Program-made: the position numbers and the translations under genes
Notes under the pieces: model-generated
The model's database searches: none
Seen by the model: the letters and a program-made list of their open reading frames with translations, nothing else
Told to the model about the DNA's origin: nothing
Shown here: positions 15,187-22,044 of the stretch, one piece after another
Layout: each line of letters begins with the position of its first letter
How positions within the stretch are numbered: position 1 is the stretch's first letter
IMG/VR virus record: IMGVR_UViG_3300029174_000003
Location: 1 to 43,189 of that record
Direction: 5' to 3' (one strand)
DNA length: 43,189 nt
Origin: a virus

Positions 15187-15751
15187 CTTAACTGACGTTT
15201 ACATCCGTGTAGCAGCGTGGAACAGACAACGTTATGACCAGGTGTATAACCAGAACCTGGCAGTTGCTCTTCTGCGCGAAGAGTACAATGAATGGCGTAC
15301 AGACACAATCCCGGTTAAAAAGCTGGATGGTCTGTGTGATGTGGTATATGTAGCACTGGGCGTAGTATGGAAAGCTAATATTGACCCGGTAATGTTAGGC
15401 ATTGCGCAACAACGTAGTATGGCAACTACAGATGCGATTGTTAACGCATTTGAGTTGAACCCTGGTTACTTCATTAATTCTATCATCGATGTGCTTGAAA
15501 CAGAAGAAGACTACCCAGTAGAGCAAGCGATGATGAATATTATTGCATTAGCTACAGCTCAGGCATTAAGTATGGGTTTAACTTACGACCAATTCATTGA
15601 AGCATTATTAGTTGTATGTGACTCTAATGACAGTAAGTCTGTTAAGCGGGTTGCAGCAGACGTCAAAGCGAACGCCGGTGATAAAGGTAGTTTATTTGTA
15701 GCACCTGAACCACGGTTATCAGCAATCTTAGAGCAAACTAATAAGTTCTAG
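15170..15751 (+). CDS. All-alpha MazG/HisE-like nucleoside triphosphate pyrophosphohydrolase (193 aa)
   Basis: LLREEYNEW...DGLCDVVYVALG is the EExxE...D metal-binding helix pattern of MazG-like NTP-PPases. The gene overlaps the ThyA-like stop. An alternative start is ATG 15179. Confidence 0.65.
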   Translation: MNYMNDLTDVYIRVAAWNRQRYDQVYNQNLAVALLREEYNEWRTDTIPVKKLDGLCDVVYVALGVVWKANIDPVMLGIAQQRSMATTDAIVNAFELNPGYFINSIIDVLETEEDYPVEQAMMNIIALATAQALSMGLTYDQFIEALLVVCDSNDSKSVKRVAADVKANAGDKGSLFVAPEPRLSAILEQTNKF

Positions 15752-15756
15752 CAACA

Positions 15757-15785
15757 AGCCCGGATTATTTTGTCCGGGCTATTTA
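15757..15785 (+). terminator. Rho-independent terminator (moderate U-tract)
   Basis: agcccgga (15757-15764) pairs with tccgggct (15773-15780), followed by attt. Confidence 0.65.
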
Positions 15786-15815
15786 CATTATCATTATTCT
15801 ATGTATAATTATAAT
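15782..15815 (+). promoter_or_regulatory. Sigma70-type promoter (TTTACA 15782-15787, 16 bp, TATAAT 15804-15809; second TATAAT at 15810-15815)
   Basis: Read directly. The ATG at 15801 used by the ORF track lies inside this promoter. Confidence 0.6.
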
Positions 15816-15842
15816 GTAAATAACAACGTGAGATTGAAGCAA

Positions 15843-16436
15843 ATGACAAACAAAGAGATTATTAGCTATGTATTCAGCGAAGCAGCTAAGTCAAATATTG
15901 AAAAACGTAAAGTTGGTTGCGTAGTAGTTGACGGCAACAATGAAGTCATAGCTAAAGGCTACAACAGAAAGGGCTTTGATAATGCACCTGATGTGCATGC
16001 TGAAAAAGCCGCACTAGCTATGCTTACAGCAACTCCTGTAGGGCCTTGCACAGTCTACGTATCTCAGCCGCCTTGTCCAAACTGTGCTGAATACATCATG
16101 AAACGCTTAGGTTCAACTGTTAAGATTGAAGTTGTTAAAGAGTTCATGAAGTTTGACGGCGACAAATTGAGGTATGACCTGGTGCCACCTTCAGCTATCA
16201 AAGCTATGGCTGACGTATTGACTTTTGGTGCACGTAAGTATAAACCTAACAATTGGAAAGAGTGTGAAGAGCCAGAGCGTTACTTAGCTGCTCTGTACCG
16301 CCACCTGGAATTATGGCGTACAGGTGAAGTTAATGACCAAGACTCAGGCTTCCATCATTTAGCTCATGCTATGACAAACCTGGCATTCATGTTAGAGCTT
16401 AATTATAACCCAACAGAGTGGAGTAAAGAAGAATGA
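15843..16436 (+). CDS. Fusion protein: zinc cytidine/dCMP deaminase domain plus DUF5664 (dGTP_diPhyd_N-like) domain (197 aa)
   Basis: The N-terminal half has VHAEKAAL...PPCPNCAEYI (the HAE/PCxxC zinc site). The C-terminal half is DKLRYDLVPPSAIKAMADVLTFGARKYKPNNW...YLAALYRHLELW...GFHHLAHAMTNLAFMLEL. This matches the pattern I recall for the N-terminal domain of phage dATP/dGTP diphosphohydrolases. Confidence 0.75.
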   Translation: MTNKEIISYVFSEAAKSNIEKRKVGCVVVDGNNEVIAKGYNRKGFDNAPDVHAEKAALAMLTATPVGPCTVYVSQPPCPNCAEYIMKRLGSTVKIEVVKEFMKFDGDKLRYDLVPPSAIKAMADVLTFGARKYKPNNWKECEEPERYLAALYRHLELWRTGEVNDQDSGFHHLAHAMTNLAFMLELNYNPTEWSKEE

Positions 16437-16855
16437 ATCAAGTACCAATTGTAGTTGACTACTTCAGACTAGAAGCTGACTTTCAGCACTTCCTGGCTTA
16501 TTCAAATTATGGTGAGCTAACTGAAGAAGAGACTACTCGTTTGCGTAATGCTTATATGCACGGTGGTGACTACGATTCTGTATCACAGTTTGGTTATGAC
16601 CTTGCTGTGCGTGCTTTAAAGAATGGTCATAAAGTAGCACGTGAAGGTTGGAAGGGTAAAAATATGTTCTTGTTCCTTGTAAAAGAGCGTTCTAGCCGTG
16701 CTTATGAGTTTCCATTAAATACTATGGTAGAAGCAGGTGCTATTGTTAAACGTCGGGCTTACATTGCAATGCGAACAGCTGATGGTGAAGTAGTTCCATG
16801 GCATGCTACTCAATCTGATATGTTGGAACAAGACTGGTTCATCTTACAAAGCTGA
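16433..16855 (+). CDS. DUF2829 (Tad2-like) domain protein with a roughly 55-aa N-terminal extension (140 aa)
   Basis: ATGA coupling to the upstream gene. LAVRALKNGHKVAREGWKGKNMFLFL...RAYIAMRTADGEVVPWHATQSDMLEQDWFIL matches the DUF2829 signature (GW.GK, Y I.M.T..G...PW..SQ.D.L..DW). Confidence 0.75.
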   Translation: MNQVPIVVDYFRLEADFQHFLAYSNYGELTEEETTRLRNAYMHGGDYDSVSQFGYDLAVRALKNGHKVAREGWKGKNMFLFLVKERSSRAYEFPLNTMVEAGAIVKRRAYIAMRTADGEVVPWHATQSDMLEQDWFILQS

Positions 16856-16893
16856 AATCGGTCAGACGGTTGAGGCCAGTTTCAATTTAAATC

Positions 16894-16927
16894 AATCCGG
16901 CTTATATTTGTATAGGCCGGATTTTTT
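16894..16927 (+). terminator. Rho-independent terminator
   Basis: aatccggc (16894-16901) pairs with gccggatt (16916-16923), running into tttttt. Confidence 0.85.
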
Positions 16928-16976
16928 AACATTAAAACGACAGCAAAATTATTTAATTACTGTTTTCATTTTTCTG

Positions 16977-17005
16977 TGTACATAATTTAATAAATATATT
17001 AAAAT
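16977..17005 (+). promoter_or_regulatory. Sigma70-type promoter (TGTACA 16977-16982, 17 bp, TAAAAT 17000-17005)
   Basis: Read directly. It precedes the small ORF at 17036. Confidence 0.5.
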
Positions 17006-17035
17006 ATACATATCAAATGACATGAGGAACTAAGT

Positions 17036-17215
17036 ATGTTTCAACTTCTTGTTACAGTAAACCTTAAAGCTCCAACTGGTAGTGTAGCTATAAGTCAAGT
17101 AGTATTATCATTTACGTCTGTACAGTCTGCTAATACTGCTTATGAAGTTTTAACTTATAAAAGCTCTGCGCATAGAACTTTGTATAATGAACGTTCAGTA
17201 GAAAAACTTTATTAA
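17036..17215 (+). CDS. Hypothetical small protein (59 aa)
   Basis: Not in the track (under 60 aa). ATG 17036 has GAGGA upstream. The frame stays open to TAA at 17213-17215 (MFQLLVTVNLKAPTGSVAISQVV...SVEKLY). Confidence 0.5.
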   Translation: MFQLLVTVNLKAPTGSVAISQVVLSFTSVQSANTAYEVLTYKSSAHRTLYNERSVEKLY

Positions 17216-17241
17216 TAAACCAATTCAAAAGTGAGCTAACA

Positions 17242-18081
17242 ATGACTATCAAAATTAATAATGAAAGTATCCGTATACGTCCGTCTGCTGTAGACACATT
17301 CTACGGTTGTGCATATCAATGGGGTAAGTCATTCCTTGAAGGTGTTACGTCTATCCCTAATAGTCGTGCAGCAATCGGTACTGCAATTCATGCTGGTATT
17401 GAAGCAAGCTGGCGTGACGCAATGACTCACGGCAAAGCAAGTCATAACATCAGTGCAATGACTGATGCAGCTATGGAGTCCTGGAAAGAAGAGACACATG
17501 ATGGTGTGTCTTTCGGTGATGATGAAACGTCTGGCACCTGTGCTAGTGAGATTGTAGGTGGCATCAGTGCCTGGGTAGAAGACATCGCACCTTTTGTACC
17601 GGTGCCAAAAGCAGTTGAAACTTTCTTTAAAGTTGACATCGATAACCCGATTGTCACGGAGCTTGGTGGTACTATTGACTACCTGGGTAATGGTACAATT
17701 GATGATGTGAAAACGTCAAAGCGCAAAGTTACAACAGGCAGCTATGACACACAGCAAGGCATCTATAAGTACCTGGCTGAAGCTAATGGTGAAGTTGTAA
17801 AACACTCCAGACTGCAGAACGTTGTACTAACTAAAAATCCTAATGGTCAGATTCTTACTATTGAACCTGATATCGAAAAAGCTAAAGGCTTAGTTAATGG
17901 TATTCTTGACACCATGACTATCGTAGCTAAAGATATCGTGCCTATCGAACTGCTGTTACGTGGCAACCCTAAGTATGTCTTCTGCTCAGAAAAGTACTGC
18001 GCGCATTACGAGACTTGCCCTTGGGTACGTGGCACAGTGCCTGAACCACGCAAAGCAGACATCGCTCAGATCAAGTTATGA
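17242..18081 (+). CDS. PD-(D/E)XK exonuclease, Cas4/RecB-like, with a probable Fe-S cysteine cluster (279 aa)
   Basis: GGTIDYLGNGTIDDVKTSK is the D...DxK nuclease motif. An N-terminal Cys (FYGCAYQW) and the C-terminal CSEKYCAHYETC could form the cluster. Confidence 0.8.
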   Translation: MTIKINNESIRIRPSAVDTFYGCAYQWGKSFLEGVTSIPNSRAAIGTAIHAGIEASWRDAMTHGKASHNISAMTDAAMESWKEETHDGVSFGDDETSGTCASEIVGGISAWVEDIAPFVPVPKAVETFFKVDIDNPIVTELGGTIDYLGNGTIDDVKTSKRKVTTGSYDTQQGIYKYLAEANGEVVKHSRLQNVVLTKNPNGQILTIEPDIEKAKGLVNGILDTMTIVAKDIVPIELLLRGNPKYVFCSEKYCAHYETCPWVRGTVPEPRKADIAQIKL

Positions 18082-18323
18082 TTGACGAGCTTAATGACTT
18101 AACAGTCACCATAGGGCTAGCAATAGCCCTTAATCCTTTAGTTGAACCTAATGAGTTATTAAAAGTAACTTTAATCTGCATGATAGCAAGGTTCAAGAGT
18201 GTAAAATTGAAGTCATTGTTAACTCAGTGGCTTATGACTGGGAAACCGTATGACCACTACAGAACATTCACAGAAGCCCTTGCAGGCCACATCTCAACAA
18301 GTTGTGCTTATCCTGTTAAATAG
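18078..18323 (+). CDS. Hypothetical protein (81 aa)
   Basis: ATGA coupling to the nuclease gene. Its 3' 74 nt overlap the next ORF, so one of the two boundaries is uncertain. Confidence 0.5.
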   Translation: MIDELNDLTVTIGLAIALNPLVEPNELLKVTLICMIARFKSVKLKSLLTQWLMTGKPYDHYRTFTEALAGHISTSCAYPVK

Positions 18324-18474
18324 AGGTTTAACTAAGTATCGTATAGCGACCAGACTTGGTATGGTACCTGTGTCAGTTAATCAATGGTTAAAAGGTGTTA
18401 GAGTTAGCCAAGCTACAGCTAAGAAGATCAAGGACGAGTTTAATATTGAAGTAACTGATGCGTTCTCGAGGTAG
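18250..18474 (+). CDS. Small helix-turn-helix DNA-binding protein (74 aa)
   Basis: LTKYRIATRLGMVPVSVNQWLKG is a typical HTH. The SD is weak and the start is uncertain. Confidence 0.55.
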   Translation: MTTTEHSQKPLQATSQQVVLILLNRGLTKYRIATRLGMVPVSVNQWLKGVRVSQATAKKIKDEFNIEVTDAFSR

Positions 18475-18476
18475 CT

Positions 18477-19673
18477 ATGATAGTACCGTATAAACATCAA
18501 GACGAGGTAAGCGATGATGGTCTCGAAATTATTCGCGAGAATGCAATTGTATACCTGGCGATGGAAGAAAGAACGGGCAAGACTATTGGGGCCTTACTTA
18601 TTGCTGAGAAGTCTTCAGCTACGCGTATACTTGTTGTCACTAAGAAGAAAGCTGAAACAGACTGGAAGAAAGTTTTGGTAGACCCTTTGTGGACTAAGCA
18701 ATACACGCTGACTACTTATCATCAGTTACACAACTTAGCACCTCAACCATTTGACCTGGTGATATTGGACGAAAGTCACAACTATATTAGCTCCTTCCCT
18801 AAACCTGGTAAAATATGGAAGCAGCTAAAACCTATTTGTAAGGGCAAACCTATAGTGTATATAAGTGCTACACCACATGCACAAGGTTTACAAATGCTGT
18901 TTCATCAGTTTGCGCTTAGCTCATGGTCACCTTGGTATAAACACAGCAACTTTTACAGCTGGTTTAGCATGTACGGTAAACCTTATACTATCGAAATTAA
19001 CGGTATAAACGTACCTCAATATGATAAGTTAGTTGATAACAAAGTTGTTTATGACTGTGTTAAGCACTTATTCATAACTAAGACAAGGAATGAGCTAGGC
19101 TTTGAGCATGGGCCAGAAGACCAGTTGCACTGGGTTGAACTGGCTGACAACACCAAGCAAGTTTATAACATATTGCTTAAGGATGAGCTAATAGAGTTAA
19201 GTGTCGGCACATTAGTGTGTGACAACCGTTCTAAGATGCGTACGTCATTACATCAGTTAGAAGGCGGCACTATAAAGATAGACAATAACTACTTTGTATT
19301 AGCTAACGATGAGAAAGTGCAGTATATACTTAAGCACTTTGGCGACCGCGAAGACTTAGTTATAATGTACAACTTTAAAGCTGAGCTAATTAAACTTCAA
19401 GCGGTGTTTAAGAAAGCTCTTATACTTCAGGCTACTTCTTATGCCGAGGGTGTAGACTTACACAAATACTCTGATATTGTAATTTATTCTCAGGACTATT
19501 CTACAGCACGTCATACACAACGTCGTGCACGCCAATGTAACATGGAACGAGACACACCTATAGTTGTGCACTTCTTACTTATCAAAAAAGGCATAAGTGA
19601 ACAAGTGTATAAAACTGTGTCAGTCAACAAAAAGAACTACGTAGATTCTACATATAAGCGAGAATTCCTATGA
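18477..19673 (+). CDS. SF2 (DEAD/DExH, SNF2-like) helicase (398 aa)
   Basis: Motif I is EERTGKT, motif II is VILDESHN, and the C-terminal helicase block is TSYAEGVDL...HTQRRARQ. Confidence 0.85.
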   Translation: MIVPYKHQDEVSDDGLEIIRENAIVYLAMEERTGKTIGALLIAEKSSATRILVVTKKKAETDWKKVLVDPLWTKQYTLTTYHQLHNLAPQPFDLVILDESHNYISSFPKPGKIWKQLKPICKGKPIVYISATPHAQGLQMLFHQFALSSWSPWYKHSNFYSWFSMYGKPYTIEINGINVPQYDKLVDNKVVYDCVKHLFITKTRNELGFEHGPEDQLHWVELADNTKQVYNILLKDELIELSVGTLVCDNRSKMRTSLHQLEGGTIKIDNNYFVLANDEKVQYILKHFGDREDLVIMYNFKAELIKLQAVFKKALILQATSYAEGVDLHKYSDIVIYSQDYSTARHTQRRARQCNMERDTPIVVHFLLIKKGISEQVYKTVSVNKKNYVDSTYKREFL

Positions 19674-20539
19674 TTAATAACTTGATGCTGTCCTGCAATA
19701 CTATACCTAATATTGACAGAGACATCCGCTACCCTGTATTAGCTTCAGGTAAACTTGATGGTGTACGTGGTTGCGTGCAAGAGGGTAATCTATTAAGCCG
19801 TTCACTGAAAGGCCACACTCTTAACCGCCACGCAACTTCATACTTAAGCAAGGGTATATTTGAAGGGCTGGATGGCGAGTTGTGTCTTGCCGGTGACCAA
19901 TGGAATAACTTCAATGCTAACCAATCAGCATTCACAACTCAAGGTGGTGCACCCAACTTTATATGGCACGTATTTGATGACATTTCAAAGCCTTATGTTA
20001 CAGCTAAGAACCGCAAGGCAATGACACAAGAGCGAGTGCGAGTATTGTTTGACTTAGGTTATGACGTTACCTTCTGTGAGCAAAAATTAATTGACACCGC
20101 CCGTGACCTGCGTTATATGTACGATGAACATCGCGAAAGAGGCTATGAAGGCCTGATTGTTATGGACCCGAATGGTCTGTATAAACACGGACGGTCTACG
20201 CTAAGACAAGGAACCTCGTTAAAATTAAAACCAGAAAACGACAGCGAAGCTAAAATAATTGGTTACGAAGAGTTGATGCACAATCTTGATGCAGGTAACT
20301 CTAAGATGAAAGCTAACCTTGTACCTGGTGGTACACTTGGTGCTCTTATTGTTGACTGGAATGGTGTAGTGTTTAATATCGGTACAGGTTTTACTCATGC
20401 TCAACGTGACTATATATGGCAGCATCGTGTACAGTTACTTAACGAGTATGTAACTTTTAAATACATGGAAACGTTTCCAGATACTGGCACACCTCGTAGT
20501 CCAGTGTTTAAAGGCTTTCGCAGCAAGGTTGATATGTAA
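19670..20539 (+). CDS. ATP-dependent DNA ligase (289 aa)
   Basis: Motif I is ASGKLDGVRG (KxDG). Motif IV is EGLIVMDP and motif V is LKLKP. Confidence 0.85.
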   Translation: MINNLMLSCNTIPNIDRDIRYPVLASGKLDGVRGCVQEGNLLSRSLKGHTLNRHATSYLSKGIFEGLDGELCLAGDQWNNFNANQSAFTTQGGAPNFIWHVFDDISKPYVTAKNRKAMTQERVRVLFDLGYDVTFCEQKLIDTARDLRYMYDEHRERGYEGLIVMDPNGLYKHGRSTLRQGTSLKLKPENDSEAKIIGYEELMHNLDAGNSKMKANLVPGGTLGALIVDWNGVVFNIGTGFTHAQRDYIWQHRVQLLNEYVTFKYMETFPDTGTPRSPVFKGFRSKVDM

Positions 20540-20862
20540 TGGCGGGTGAGCAGAAGCTGCAGACTAAAATACTGGAATGGCTTAAAGACCATGGATTCTG
20601 GGCTATTAAAGTTATAGTGTCCAGTAGGACAGGCACACCAGATATTTTAGCTTGTTCGCCTAAAGGCAGATTTGTGGCTATTGAAGTAAAACATGGAGCT
20701 AACAAGCCTTCAGCCTTACAGTCATATAATGTGGCTGAGGTTGCTAAACGAGATGGTATAGCTTTCGTGGCCTGGGATTTACAGACAGTTATTTATAAAC
20801 TACAAGGTGAATTAAATGAGCAAACAGCAAAAGAAAAACGTGGCGGCAATTTCCTACTCTAG
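20539..20862 (+). CDS. VRR-NUC domain nuclease (107 aa)
   Basis: SRTGTPDILACSPKGRFVAIEVKHG is the VRR-NUC PD...E.K core. Confidence 0.8.
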   Translation: MAGEQKLQTKILEWLKDHGFWAIKVIVSSRTGTPDILACSPKGRFVAIEVKHGANKPSALQSYNVAEVAKRDGIAFVAWDLQTVIYKLQGELNEQTAKEKRGGNFLL

Positions 20863-21070
20863 TCTACATGAAAAACTAGGAAAGACAAATCGTGAGCTAA
20901 AGGAGTGCAAAGAAGAAATAGCTGAGTATTCAGAAGCACTTGACACCATGAAGTCTAAATATTATAGTTTGAAGAACTCTAATATAAGTACTATAAGTAA
21001 ATTACAAATTGCGCTAACAACATCAGTAATTATAAATATTGTACTACTGATGTTTACTTTAACTAAATAG
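20816..21070 (+). CDS. Lysis-cassette membrane protein: coiled-coil N-terminus with a C-terminal TM anchor (84 aa)
   Basis: AGGTGA SD. LQIALTTSVIINIVLLMFTL is the hydrophobic tail. The gene lies immediately upstream of the endolysin. Its role (antiholin or spanin-like) is unknown. Confidence 0.5.
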   Translation: MSKQQKKNVAAISYSSLHEKLGKTNRELKECKEEIAEYSEALDTMKSKYYSLKNSNISTISKLQIALTTSVIINIVLLMFTLTK

Positions 21071-21081
21071 TGGAGTATAAT

Positions 21082-21600
21082 ATGACGATGTTCGATAAAT
21101 CATTTGACCGCACAATCGGTCATGAAGGTGGTTACCAGGCTGACCCTAAAGACCGTGGTAACTGGACTACAGGCATTATTGGCAAAGGAGAACTTAAGGG
21201 AACTAAGTATGGCATTAGTGCAATGACTTATCCTAATGTTGACATTAAGAATCTGACTGTTGACCAGGCAAAGGCAATCTATAAGAAAGACTTCTGGGAT
21301 GCCTTAGGAATGGAACGTTTCCCGTCTGCTCTTCAATTCCAGCTTTTTGATGCAGCTATTAATCATAGCTGGCGACGTACTGTGCAAATACTGCAAAGAG
21401 CTGTTGGAGTAGCAGATGATGGTGTAATTGGTCCTAAGACTATTGCAGCAGCTAATGCTAAAGAGCTTAATGACCTGCTTATGCTTTTCTTAGCAGAACG
21501 TATCGAGTACTTTACTAAGCCCAGCACATTTCAAACCTATGGCAAAGGTTGGATGGTGCGTTGTGCCAACAACCTGAGGCTAGCAACTCAGGACAACTAA
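21082..21600 (+). CDS. Endolysin, glycoside hydrolase family 108 with a C-terminal peptidoglycan-binding domain (172 aa)
   Basis: The track start is GTG 21070. The ATG at 21082 has TGGAG 6 nt upstream. TIGHEGGYQADPKDRGNWTTG...GTKYGIS is the GH108 signature. GVADDGVIGPKT is PG_binding-like. Confidence 0.85.
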   Translation: MTMFDKSFDRTIGHEGGYQADPKDRGNWTTGIIGKGELKGTKYGISAMTYPNVDIKNLTVDQAKAIYKKDFWDALGMERFPSALQFQLFDAAINHSWRRTVQILQRAVGVADDGVIGPKTIAAANAKELNDLLMLFLAERIEYFTKPSTFQTYGKGWMVRCANNLRLATQDN

Positions 21601-22011
21601 ATGAGCGTATTCGCTTTCTTACCTATCATTGGTGATATATTAGACAAAGTATTGCCAGACAAAACAGCATCTGAGCAAGCTAAACTAAAGTTAGCAGAGA
21701 TGGCACAGCAAGGCAATTTAGCTGAGCTTAACGCCATGGTGGATTTAACTAAGGGTCAGACAGACACCAACATTGCTGAGGCTAACTCCGGCGATAAGTT
21801 TAAAGGCGGTTGGCGCCCTATGATTGGTTATGTGTGTGCTGCTTCATTAGCTTATAACTATATAGGTTATCCTATACTGCTATGGGCTACGGCAATTTGG
21901 TGGCCTGGGCACACTATACCACCATCGCCTGTTGACGACCATATGTGGGAGTTAATAATGGGCATGCTTGGTTTAGGCTTTGCAAGAAGCTGGGAGAAAA
22001 GAAAGCAGTAA
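21601..22011 (+). CDS. Holin, 3-TM (GTA-holin-like) family (136 aa)
   Basis: IIGDILDKVLPD...AE...FKGGWRPMIGYVCAASLAYNY is followed by further hydrophobic segments. The gene follows the endolysin. Confidence 0.7.
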   Translation: MSVFAFLPIIGDILDKVLPDKTASEQAKLKLAEMAQQGNLAELNAMVDLTKGQTDTNIAEANSGDKFKGGWRPMIGYVCAASLAYNYIGYPILLWATAIWWPGHTIPPSPVDDHMWELIMGMLGLGFARSWEKRKQ

Positions 22012-22044
22012 AAAGAAGGCCCTCACATAGAGGGCCTTATATTT
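22012..22044. terminator. Bidirectional rho-independent terminator between convergent blocks
   Basis: A 9-bp stem: aaggccctc (22016-22024) pairs with gagggcctt (22030-22038). T-runs flank it on both strands. Confidence 0.8.

Noticed and set aside
21053-21081. Consensus-like promoter TTTACT-17-TATAAT directly abutting the endolysin start codon
   Set aside because: The -10 ends 1 nt before ATG 21082 and overlaps its SD, so a transcript from here would lack the start codon. It is probably fortuitous in AT-rich coding DNA.
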